IMG/VR virus record: IMGVR_UViG_3300048894_000085
Span: 1-41,436 of that record
Strand: one strand, 5' to 3'
Source of the DNA: a virus
DNA: 41,436 nt
Part shown: positions 13,686 through 21,504 of the stretch, in pieces
Layout of the letters: every line of letters begins with the position of its first letter
Position numbering within the stretch: the stretch's first letter is position 1
Made by a program: the position numbers and the translations under genes
Notes under the pieces: model-generated
Databases searched by the model: none
Seen by the model: the letters and a program-made list of their open reading frames with translations, nothing else
What the model was told of the DNA's origin: nothing

Positions 13686-14121
13686 GCGTTGCAAAAAACA
13701 CGGTGATTTAAAGCCAGAAGATATAAGAATAGATAAAAAATATGGTCGAGAATATAAAAATTGTGTCATATGTAGAAGAGAGTATCAACAAAAACAGACA
13801 TTAAGCGGTAAAAGAAAAGAACTATCCAGAAAAAGAAGACTTAAACCTGATTTTTTAGAAAAACGTAGGATGTACGATAAAAATTATCATGAACGCAGAT
13901 TAATAGTCGCTAAGGCTATGTATGAAAGAAAAAAAGATGATCCTTGTTTTAAAGAGAAAAATAATAAAAGAAGTCTAAATAGGTATAAGGTAATAAAAGA
14001 ATCATTTCATGATTCATATGTTAAAAAAGTATTACGATTTCACAAAGATGCAACACCTGAGATCTGTGAATTAAAAAGACAAATCATTTTACTGAAAAGA
14101 ATAATAAGGGCTAAAAGATGA
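13675..14121 (+). CDS. Zinc-ribbon/basic/helical family protein (paralogue C)
   Basis: 'RCKKHGDL...NCVICRR', a K/R-rich middle, then 'FHDSYVKKVL...TPEICELKRQIILLKRII'. Confidence 0.7.
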   Translation: MISKRCKKHGDLKPEDIRIDKKYGREYKNCVICRREYQQKQTLSGKRKELSRKRRLKPDFLEKRRMYDKNYHERRLIVAKAMYERKKDDPCFKEKNNKRSLNRYKVIKESFHDSYVKKVLRFHKDATPEICELKRQIILLKRIIRAKR

Positions 14122-14402
14122 AATGCAAGCATGATCCGACTTTAACAATAGGCCCAATCGGTATGTATCATTGCCCTGAATGTGGTGATATGGTGCTTGC
14201 TGGTATGGCGCATGGTGATCAGGATGAAGCTGAAAAAGAGTATGGCGAATTTTGTGATCGTGAGATGGAAAAAATGATGGTATGGCTCAATGAGCGATTA
14301 CCAAAAGATGAGTTCATCAGTATAACTCAAACAATGAAAAATACATTGATTGAGTTATGGTTAAGAGCGGAACCCGTAATGCGACAACAAGGGTGCTTTT
14401 AA
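14118..14402 (+). CDS. Hypothetical protein with a CPxC knuckle, 94 aa
   Basis: 'YHCPECGDMV'. ATGA-coupled. Confidence 0.55.
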   Translation: MKCKHDPTLTIGPIGMYHCPECGDMVLAGMAHGDQDEAEKEYGEFCDREMEKMMVWLNERLPKDEFISITQTMKNTLIELWLRAEPVMRQQGCF

Positions 14403-14974
14403 TGGAAACGTGGTTTACGAGTGACACACATTTTGGCCATAGTAATATTCTTGAATATGAGAAAGAAGCGCGTCCCTTTGAAACAATAGAGAGAATGAAT
14501 GAAGAACTCATTATGCGTTGGAACTCAGTCGTCCATCCCCATGATACTATTTACCATCTTGGTGATTTTTGTTTTGGTAAACATAACCTTAGCATTGCTA
14601 CTCGACTTCATGGGAAAAAAAGGCTTATCCTGGGAAATCATGATCTATACCCTTGCAGCGATTATTTGCAGTATTTTAATAAAGTATTTGGTGTGACTTA
14701 TTGGAAAAATTGTATATTAAGTCATATGCCAATTCATCCTACTTTATTAGGATCACGATTTTTTTTAAATCTACACGGACATTTGCATAGTAAGCATGTT
14801 AGAAGAAATGTATTTCATATGATGGAAATTAAAACAGATAAAGGCCCTGTTCAATTTTCAAAATTTTTTCATGAAGAGAATGATCCTAATTATTTTAATG
14901 TGAGTTGTGAGCAAAATAACTTGACCCCGATCCACAGTGATGAAATTATGAAGCGATTGAAAGAGTTGGAATAA
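14402..14974 (+). CDS. Metallophosphoesterase (calcineurin-like phosphatase fold)
   Basis: 'FTSDTHFGH', 'YHLGDF', 'LGNHD' and 'HGHLH' motifs in canonical order. TAATG-coupled start METWF. Confidence 0.8.
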   Translation: METWFTSDTHFGHSNILEYEKEARPFETIERMNEELIMRWNSVVHPHDTIYHLGDFCFGKHNLSIATRLHGKKRLILGNHDLYPCSDYLQYFNKVFGVTYWKNCILSHMPIHPTLLGSRFFLNLHGHLHSKHVRRNVFHMMEIKTDKGPVQFSKFFHEENDPNYFNVSCEQNNLTPIHSDEIMKRLKELE

Positions 14975-14975
14975 T

Positions 14976-15077
14976 GGCAGTCGCGGCGTGGACAGTGACA
15001 CGCTAGAAACTTGCAGTACAGTACCCGCGTCGTAGTTGTAATCTGTACATAGCCAGTGCAATTCTGGCCGACTGCCT
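14976..15077 (+). ncRNA. tRNA-like element of uncertain identity (8-bp acceptor-like stem, T-arm-like hairpin, no canonical anticodon arm)
   Basis: ggcagtcg (14976-83) pairs with cgactgcc (15069-76). T-arm-like gccag-tgcaatt-ctggc at 15052-68. D-like stem gcgtg/cacgc. The central 48 nt fold as gtacag/ctgtac rather than as a 5-bp stem with a 7-nt loop. Confidence 0.2.
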
Positions 15078-15114
15078 TCCATTTTGTTGGAGTTAACAAT
15101 ATGGTTATGAAAAT

Positions 15115-15186
15115 TGGCATGTAGCATAAAGGTAATGCGGCATCCTGTTAAGGTGCTCAGTGCTGGTTCGAGTCCAGCCATGCCAG
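15115..15186 (+). tRNA. tRNA-Asn (anticodon GTT)
   Basis: Manual cloverleaf. Acceptor tggcatg/catgcca; D arm gcat-aaaggta-atgc; anticodon arm gcatc-ctGTTaa-ggtgc; variable region tcagt; T arm gctgg-ttcgagt-ccagc; discriminator G. U1-A72 and G73 match bacterial tRNA-Asn. Confidence 0.9.
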
Positions 15187-15388
15187 AAAGTTTATGGCCG
15201 AGGATAAGTTGAGACGTCCAGCTATTAGCTAATAACTGAAAGTAGGCCACTTGATTTAAATTGATACATTGGGTGAGTAAAAAGAAGGAGGCAATGTATT
15301 TAAATAAAGGAGGTGCGGATATTCGAGGCACTGTTGATTCTATTTTTTTACATCTCTGGGCGGCTTAAACCTATCTATTCTAAACTAT

Positions 15389-15451
15389 GAGATTGATGGT
15401 ATAGCATCTATAATCCCATAGTCGCAGGTTCAAATCCTGCATGTATCACCA
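15389..15451 (+). pseudogene. Degenerate tRNA: intact T arm, 3' acceptor strand and encoded ACCA, with no matching 5' half
   Basis: gcagg-ttcaaat-cctgc-atgtatc-ACCA at 15424-15451 is canonical. The upstream 'gatggtatagca' resembles a D loop, but no anticodon stem or local 5' acceptor strand can be paired. Confidence 0.45.
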
Positions 15452-15477
15452 AATTAAAGTTTAACAAGGAAGTTAAA

Positions 15478-17007
15478 TTGAAAGACGCATCCACGGAGAG
15501 GGATCGTTTACAGCGTTCACTCTTGGCATTTACCCAAGATTTTTATTACCTTCGAACGGGTAGACGGTTTGATTTATCACAGCCTGTAGGGCGAGAGAGT
15601 CATTATCTGACTATCTGTAGGGCTTTGGTTAAAGTCATCAAGGGCGAAACAAAACGCCTGATGATCAATGTGCCACCTCGCTATGGTAAGACTGAGCTGC
15701 TCATTGAATTTGTCGCATGGGCATTATCTCAATATCCTGATTCTAATTTTCTCTATGTCTCCTATTCATTGGGTTTAGCCAAAAAACAAACAAAGACCAT
15801 TCGTCAGATTGTCGCTATGAATGAATATCGGGATTTGTTTGATGTAGCTTTATCGGGTGACACGGCAGCGCAAGGCAACTTTGAAACATCGCTCGGGGGC
15901 AGTGTCTACGCGGCTGGTGCGGATGGTGAAATAACAGGTCGTGGTGCAGGTATCAAAGGCAGTAATCGTTTTGGTGGCTGCATTGTTATTGATGATATTC
16001 ATAAACCATCTGAAGTCAGTTCTGACACGATGCGTAAAACGGTGAATGAATGGTATTTCAATACACTGCAATCCCGTCTGAATGATCCAGAGAGCACACC
16101 GATCATATTCATCGGCCAACGGCTTCATGAGGATGATCTGGCTGCAAATTTAATCAAGTCAGGTGATTGGGAGACGATTGTCATACCGGCGCTTGATGGG
16201 GCTGGAAATGCCTTACATCCTGAAATGCATAGTGTGACGATGCTGCGTAATATGCAGGAAACAATGCCCTATGTATTTTCTTCACAATACCAGCAAGATC
16301 CACTCCCTGCAGGAGGCGGTATCTTCAAACCTGAATGGTTCTTTCAGATGGATGATGAGCCTAATATTATTGCGACATTCATTACGGCTGACACTGCTGA
16401 AACCTCGAAAGATTATAACGATGCTACCGTATTCAGTTTCTTCGGTATCTATAAAATTGCGCATGGTGATATAGAGAGTGACATATTGGCCTTGCATTGG
16501 ATCGATTGTTTAGAGCTTCGTATTGAACCTAAAGATTTGGAGAAAGAGTTTTTAGCTTTTTATGCATCCTGTATGCGTCACCGGATTAAGCCACGCATTG
16601 CGGCAGTTGAGAGAAAGAGCACAGGTGTGACTCTGGCATCAGTCCTTAAGAATATTCGTGGTCTTACCATGATGGATGTGGAGCGTACAAAGCTCTCTGG
16701 TAATAAGACAACACGGTTTTTAGAGATACAACCTATTATTGCGAGTAAGCAAGTTTCATTGCCGTCCGATGGTAAGCATACGGTGATGGTATTGGAACAC
16801 ATGAGAAAGATCACGGCTAATGATACACATCGTCATGATGATATTGCAGATACTTTGTATGATGGTGTAAAGTTAGGCATTATAGACAATGTAATATTGT
16901 CACAAACCCCCGGTAAAGTCCAAGAGGACGAGCGTGTAGCGCGGGGGATAATGGGCGCATTTCATCGCGTTCTCCAATTAAGAAGTAAGCGTTATGCGGG
17001 TTTGTAG
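15478..17007 (+). CDS. terL: Terminase large subunit
   Basis: Walker A 'PPRYGKTEL', Walker B 'CIVIDDIHK', and C-terminal nuclease-type acidic motifs ('FITADTAE', 'HDDIADT'). 509 aa. TTG start preceded by 'aaggaag'. Confidence 0.9.
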   Translation: MKDASTERDRLQRSLLAFTQDFYYLRTGRRFDLSQPVGRESHYLTICRALVKVIKGETKRLMINVPPRYGKTELLIEFVAWALSQYPDSNFLYVSYSLGLAKKQTKTIRQIVAMNEYRDLFDVALSGDTAAQGNFETSLGGSVYAAGADGEITGRGAGIKGSNRFGGCIVIDDIHKPSEVSSDTMRKTVNEWYFNTLQSRLNDPESTPIIFIGQRLHEDDLAANLIKSGDWETIVIPALDGAGNALHPEMHSVTMLRNMQETMPYVFSSQYQQDPLPAGGGIFKPEWFFQMDDEPNIIATFITADTAETSKDYNDATVFSFFGIYKIAHGDIESDILALHWIDCLELRIEPKDLEKEFLAFYASCMRHRIKPRIAAVERKSTGVTLASVLKNIRGLTMMDVERTKLSGNKTTRFLEIQPIIASKQVSLPSDGKHTVMVLEHMRKITANDTHRHDDIADTLYDGVKLGIIDNVILSQTPGKVQEDERVARGIMGAFHRVLQLRSKRYAGL

Positions 17008-17022
17008 CGATGCTTTTTAACA

Positions 17023-19206
17023 ATGACACTGAAAAGGATTTCAGTCATGCCAGAAGTAGCAAAGAAATATGTAGATCAATTACCTCGTATAATGAAGTCA
17101 GTAAAGAATGCGTACAGTTACTGGCAACCCAACTATAAAACTTTCAATGATTTTCGCCGTTTTGTTTTTGACACCTCACTTACTGAGGATGACAAAATGG
17201 TGCTTTCTACCTTAAAAAAACCTGAAATTGAGTTCAATATTCTCGAAGCGTATATCTCACGATTACGTGGTGAATTTGCAAAGCAAGAACCTTCTATTGT
17301 CGTCATGGCTGATGATGGGGCGCAAATCGATAGCCAGACTATTGAACTCGTTGGTGCTCATTTGCGTCATATTCTCTTCGATGCAAATAAGAATGGTTGT
17401 GAGTATAATGTTTATACAGATCTCCTGAGTGGAGGCTATTCAGCAATCAAAGTATGGACAGAATATGCTCATTCCATGAGCATGAATCAGATTATACGCT
17501 TTGAACGTGTCTACGATCCCACGCTGGTGGGCTTTGATCCATTGGCACGTGAACCGCATAAAGGCGATGGTCGTTTCTGCTTTGAGTTATTTCCAAAATC
17601 GAAAGAAGAGTTTGAAGATGAATATCCCGATATTGATTTAAGAGAAATTAATTTTACACGTAATGTGGAAGGATTTAATTGGTCATACGCCAATAATCAA
17701 GAAGATATATTACTCATTTGCGATTTTTATGAAAAGAAAAAACGCAGAAAGAAAATAGTCGAATTAGTCAATGGCAAAGTCATGACAATCGATGATTATG
17801 AAGATTTTCTACAACGTTGGAATTCTGATCCTACTATTATTGAACAAGCGCCCGCTGTTAAGGGTAAACCTCGATGGACTGATATAGAAACTATTTGTCG
17901 TTATCGTTTTATTCAAAATCACTTGCTGGAATATATCGAAACTAATTATCCGCAATTACCCATTATTTTTGTCGATGGAAATTCAATTGTGATGCGTCAT
18001 GGTGATACAGGTTCATTCATTCAAAAGACACGGCCTTATGTTTATCATGCAAAGGGAATGCAGCAACTTAAAAACTTTGCAGGTCAGACACTTGCGAATG
18101 AACTTGAAAATATGGTGCAGCATAAATTCATTGTAGCTAAAGAGGCATTACCTGATGAACAAGCCTATTTAGATGCATATACCAATGTTCAGATTGCTAA
18201 TACGCTGGTCTTTAAAGCATTTAAAGAAAATGATCCAAAAGTGCCTATTCCATCACCCATTCGGGAAGTGGCACGAGTTGGCGCACCTGCTGAAGTCATG
18301 TCAAGTTTCACAGTTACTGATCAAATGGCGCAATCCATTTTAGGATCGTATGACGCATCTCTCGGTATCAATGATAATCAATTATCAGGGACTGCAATCA
18401 TTGAGGGTGCAACGCAAAGCAATGCAACAGCGATGCCCTATGTTGTAGGTTTCTTGCAAGCATTATCACAAGTAGCTCGCATAATAGTTGATCTGATTCC
18501 AAAATATTATATGACAGCACGAACCATTCCTATTATTAAACCTGATGGTTCTCGTGATTATCAAAAGATTAATCAACAAGGTGGTATTGATATTAATTAT
18601 GATCAAAATGCCTTATCCGTCAAAGTAGAAGCCGGTGTCAATTTTGCAGTGCAAAAATCACGTGCTTTGCAACAAATTATCGCTATGACGCAGGTCTCAC
18701 CTATCTTCCAGCAATTCATTAATGCGAAAGGTCTCAAAGTTATTATCGATAATTTTGAAATCAAAGGTTCTGAGCAGCTTAAAGAACTAGCGGATGAATT
18801 TATGCAGGAAATGCAGAAACAGCAAGAACAACAGCAACAAATGCAGCAACAGCAAATGCAAAACGATCCGATGGTACTTAAAGCGAAAAATGAGCAAATG
18901 AAGATTCAGATGCAAGGTCAGCAAGATGCTCAGGAAAATCAATTGAAAGCAGCACAGGTTGCAATTAATAAGCAACAGGTAGATATTGATTTTGTGAAAG
19001 TGCTTGCTGAGATGAATAATGCAAAAGCGGAACAACAAGTAGCGGAATCAAGATCACAAGCTGAGGAAACGCGTGCTGCAGTTGATCTTGCGATCAAACA
19101 TGCAGATATGGCGCATTCTCACGGCATGAGTGAAAAAACTCATGAGCTTGATGAAAAGAAATTAATGCATGAAATGACAGAGGCCAGAAAAGATGCTTCA
19201 GTGTAA
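17023..19206 (+). CDS. Portal protein (P22 gp1-like size, with a Q-rich C-terminal helical extension)
   Basis: 727 aa, directly after terL. C-terminal ~130 aa are 'QKQQEQQQQMQQQQMQ...' helical. The start may be ATG 17047 (MPEVAKKY), which has a better SD. Confidence 0.85.
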   Translation: MTLKRISVMPEVAKKYVDQLPRIMKSVKNAYSYWQPNYKTFNDFRRFVFDTSLTEDDKMVLSTLKKPEIEFNILEAYISRLRGEFAKQEPSIVVMADDGAQIDSQTIELVGAHLRHILFDANKNGCEYNVYTDLLSGGYSAIKVWTEYAHSMSMNQIIRFERVYDPTLVGFDPLAREPHKGDGRFCFELFPKSKEEFEDEYPDIDLREINFTRNVEGFNWSYANNQEDILLICDFYEKKKRRKKIVELVNGKVMTIDDYEDFLQRWNSDPTIIEQAPAVKGKPRWTDIETICRYRFIQNHLLEYIETNYPQLPIIFVDGNSIVMRHGDTGSFIQKTRPYVYHAKGMQQLKNFAGQTLANELENMVQHKFIVAKEALPDEQAYLDAYTNVQIANTLVFKAFKENDPKVPIPSPIREVARVGAPAEVMSSFTVTDQMAQSILGSYDASLGINDNQLSGTAIIEGATQSNATAMPYVVGFLQALSQVARIIVDLIPKYYMTARTIPIIKPDGSRDYQKINQQGGIDINYDQNALSVKVEAGVNFAVQKSRALQQIIAMTQVSPIFQQFINAKGLKVIIDNFEIKGSEQLKELADEFMQEMQKQQEQQQQMQQQQMQNDPMVLKAKNEQMKIQMQGQQDAQENQLKAAQVAINKQQVDIDFVKVLAEMNNAKAEQQVAESRSQAEETRAAVDLAIKHADMAHSHGMSEKTHELDEKKLMHEMTEARKDASV

Positions 19207-19471
19207 AGTAGATTATTTATACATTTTTGGAAGGAAGGATCATGCAATTGCTTTATATTTCTGGGATGACGAAGAAACAGACAAAGAAAAAAGCGCGGCG
19301 CATATCGCATTGGATGCCGATATTTTTAAAAAAAATACGTTGCATCAAATTGCGGACATGCTTGAAATCTCGATTAATGCGTGTTTGGAAAAAATTAACC
19401 AAAAGGAGAAAGAAGATGGCAGACAAGAAGTTTATACAGAAAGCAATCAAGAAGCCGGGCGCGTTGCATAA
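19193..19471 (+). CDS. Acidic hypothetical protein, 92 aa
   Basis: This frame has strong purine-first codon bias (gat gac gaa gaa aca gac aaa gaa...). It overlaps the portal stop and the next gene. Confidence 0.35.
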   Translation: MLQCKVDYLYIFGRKDHAIALYFWDDEETDKEKSAAHIALDADIFKKNTLHQIADMLEISINACLEKINQKEKEDGRQEVYTESNQEAGRVA

Positions 19472-19595
19472 AGAGCTAGGTGTGCCAATGGGTAAAAAAA
19501 TCCCTGAAGCTAAACTTAATGCAGCTGCTAAGAAGGGAGGAAAAGAAGGTCAACGTGCACGTTTTGCTAAAACTCTTAAAGGTTTGAATAAATGA
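19415..19595 (+). CDS. Small basic protein, 60 aa
   Basis: 'aggagaaagaag' SD before the ATG. Translation is MADKKFIQKAIKKPGALHKELGVPMGKKIPEAKLNAAAKKGGKEGQRARFAKTLKGLNK. Confidence 0.55.
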
Positions 19596-19789
19596 ATTGT
19601 TCTGACTTTACCGGAAATACCGCGATTGACTTGGGGTTTACGACAAGCTGTCATTGCCCCTGTCATCGCGGTATGCCTTTATGGATAGAATCTATTTGTT
19701 GTGCCTGCAGAATAAATAATTTCAAGAAAAGACCCTCATTAATCGTTATATCAGATAATACAAAAGGACAGTATGTCTATAAATCATGA
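19592..19789 (+). CDS. Possible Cys/His-rich mini-protein, 65 aa (alternatively a structured leader)
   Basis: ATGA overlap with the upstream stop. 'SCHCPCHRG...ICCACR'. It contains the 10-bp inverted repeat 19617-19626 / 19665-19674. Confidence 0.3.
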   Translation: MNCSDFTGNTAIDLGFTTSCHCPCHRGMPLWIESICCACRINNFKKRPSLIVISDNTKGQYVYKS

Positions 19790-20363
19790 ATACAGAGTGG
19801 ATGTTAAGATTAGAAATAATTTATTTATAGAACGGATTGAAGGAGCAGGTTATAAAACGATTGGTGAATTTTGTAGGATAAATAAAATCAGTCAATCAAG
19901 AATTAATGAAATAATTGCTATGAAGTTATCACCCCTCATGTCTAACGGAAAATTTAGATTTCATATCATAAAAACAGCGGATGTTTTAGGTTGCTCTCCT
20001 GAAGATTTATTTACAGATACGCAAATGTCGATGGCTATTAAAAATAATAAATATTGTCTTAAAGTGAATGAAGCTGAAGTAAAATGTATGATAGATCAAA
20101 ATAATCAGCCTCTATTATTAGAAGATCATGTTTTTGAAGATCAAAAAAATAAATTATTAAAAAAAGCACTAGAGACTTTACCTATTCGAGAAAAAAAGAT
20201 ATTGTCTCTTAGATTTGGTTTAGATGATGGTAAAGAGCATACATACCAAGACATTAGTGATGAATTTGGTTGTAGTCGTGAGAATATAAGACGAATTGAG
20301 TCTCAAGCACTACGTAGGCTTAGACATCCTTCAAGATCAGATCAATTGCAGGATTTAATTTAA
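19773..20363 (+). CDS. HTH protein with a C-terminal sigma70 (RpoD) region-4 domain and no region 2
   Basis: C-terminus 'LPIREKKILSLRFGLDDGKEHTYQDISDEFGCSRENIRRIESQALRRLRHPSRSDQLQDLI' follows RpoD region 4.1/4.2, including 'LRHPSRS'. The N-terminus has an XRE-like HTH ('IGEFCRINKISQSRINEI'). Confidence 0.8.
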   Translation: MSINHEYRVDVKIRNNLFIERIEGAGYKTIGEFCRINKISQSRINEIIAMKLSPLMSNGKFRFHIIKTADVLGCSPEDLFTDTQMSMAIKNNKYCLKVNEAEVKCMIDQNNQPLLLEDHVFEDQKNKLLKKALETLPIREKKILSLRFGLDDGKEHTYQDISDEFGCSRENIRRIESQALRRLRHPSRSDQLQDLI

Positions 20364-20378
20364 CTTAAGGAGTAGTAC

Positions 20379-20621
20379 ATGTTAGAGAAAAAAGAAATGG
20401 AAATGGCGCATCTTGAAAAAATTCAAAATGTCGTTTTACATATTAATGAAATATTAAATATCGTAGATCTCTTTGAGCCTTCTCGTCCCGGCTCTATGGT
20501 CATTACAAAGTGCGAAGAAGCAGTTCATTGGTGTCAGACAATGATGTCTAATGTTCCACTTAGAAAAGAACTTGTAAACCCAGTGGATGAAAATATAAGT
20601 GAAATAAATACGCCTGAGTAG
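20379..20621 (+). CDS. Hypothetical protein, 80 aa
   Basis: ORF with 'aaggag' SD. Confidence 0.55.
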   Translation: MLEKKEMEMAHLEKIQNVVLHINEILNIVDLFEPSRPGSMVITKCEEAVHWCQTMMSNVPLRKELVNPVDENISEINTPE

Positions 20622-20751
20622 TATTGACACATTTTGATTATTATTGTTAGTCTAAAGTTACGGATTCATCCGGTAAAATGATCGCTGACACACAGCGAAA
20701 AAAACGTGGCAACACCGTGACGCGGGCAACAGTCTAAGGAAGGATGAGCTA

Positions 20752-21438
20752 ATGGATTTAGCTGAAGGGATGCAAGTTCAGAATACAGCTCCATCGGAAA
20801 GTTCTTCAGGTTCGCAGGATGCGTCCTCTGAGAAACTATTAAAGCAAAGTGAAGTAAATGAGTTAGTCGGTCGTAGTAAGCATGAAGCTTATACGAAAGG
20901 CTTAAGAGATGCTCAAGCTGCAACACCTCCACAAGCAGCGACGCCTGTCGCGCAAAGTATGGGTGGTATGCCGCAGGTCACGGAAGATCACGTTAGGCAA
21001 ATGATTGCCGACGAGCATCAAAAGCAAACTCATATGGCAGCAGTACATAATGTATTGTCTAACTTTGCAAATCAGATGGGTACAGCAAAGAGTAAGTATT
21101 CTGATTTTGACGAGACTGTTGGTAATTTGGGTGACTTGAAGAACATACCTCATGTCGTTCAACTTGCCGCAGAGTCAGGGATGGCAGGGGATGTGATGTA
21201 CGAACTGGGACGGAATCCCGGTAAGGTTGCCACGTTAACGACGCTTGCGTACGTCAATCCCGATCTCGCCAAATATGAAATGAAGAAATTAACTGATTCC
21301 ATTAAAACGAATCAGGACTCTTCAAAAGCACCCGATATAGCTGAGCCATTAAGCCAAGTAAAACCTTCTGCGGTTGGAACGGATAATGGCTCGAACTCTG
21401 TTCGGGATTTGCGGCGTAAGTCATGGGCTAGAGGTTAG
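20752..21438 (+). CDS. Scaffolding protein (assigned by position)
   Basis: 228 aa, between portal and coat. Low-complexity N-terminus and a helical charged body. Confidence 0.55.
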   Translation: MDLAEGMQVQNTAPSESSSGSQDASSEKLLKQSEVNELVGRSKHEAYTKGLRDAQAATPPQAATPVAQSMGGMPQVTEDHVRQMIADEHQKQTHMAAVHNVLSNFANQMGTAKSKYSDFDETVGNLGDLKNIPHVVQLAAESGMAGDVMYELGRNPGKVATLTTLAYVNPDLAKYEMKKLTDSIKTNQDSSKAPDIAEPLSQVKPSAVGTDNGSNSVRDLRRKSWARG

Positions 21439-21504
21439 CCACCCAAATAGTTGAGTCATTATCTCCGATAAAAAATGGATTTTTTATTTTTGGAGAAATG
21501 TATC

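Noticed and set aside
14317-14696. Track ORFs 14317-14511 (-) and 14499-14696 (+), and the 14357 start of the phosphoesterase
   Set aside because: They overlap the metallophosphoesterase, whose motifs fix the frame. The TAATG-coupled ATG at 14402 (METWFTSDTHFGH) is the more likely start than 14357.
14858-15331. Track ORFs 14858-15331 and 14890-15120 (minus strand) across the gap between the phosphoesterase gene and terL
   Set aside because: They run antisense through a canonical tRNA-Asn and tRNA-like structures. They have odd composition and no SD or coupling. The region is better explained as an RNA gene island.
15284-15368. 24-aa ORF (MYLNKGGADIRGTVDSIFLHLWAA) behind two AAGGAGG sequences in the tRNA island
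   Set aside because: The first SD is only 2 nt from the ATG. The second SD has no start codon at proper spacing. The peptide is unremarkable and is probably fortuitous.
15263-15451. A possible intron-containing tRNA. GATACAT at 15263-15269 is a perfect complement of the orphan 3' acceptor strand ATGTATC at 15441-15447
   Set aside because: No D arm follows 15269 and no anticodon arm can be built. The intervening ~110 nt is too short for a group I intron. A single 7-mer match within ~180 nt can arise by chance.
15850-19450. Track ORFs nested in terL, the portal gene and the following small genes (15850-16128, 16271-16474, 16282-16497, 16578-16814, 17228-17428, 17511-17693, 18787-19038, 19253-19450)
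   Set aside because: They lie within or antisense to motif-supported large genes. 18787-19038 is the L/H-rich antisense of the portal's poly-Q segment.
19227-19595. Long 122-aa version of the small basic protein (also ATG 19242 with a strong 'ggaaggaagga' SD)
   Set aside because: The N-terminal extension (MQLLYISGMTKKQTKKKARRISHWMPIFLKKIRCIKLRTCLKSRLMRVWKK) looks like an off-frame reading of the acidic ORF 19193-19471, whose codons show clear purine-first bias. I kept ATG 19415. The strong SD at 19231-19241 remains unexplained.
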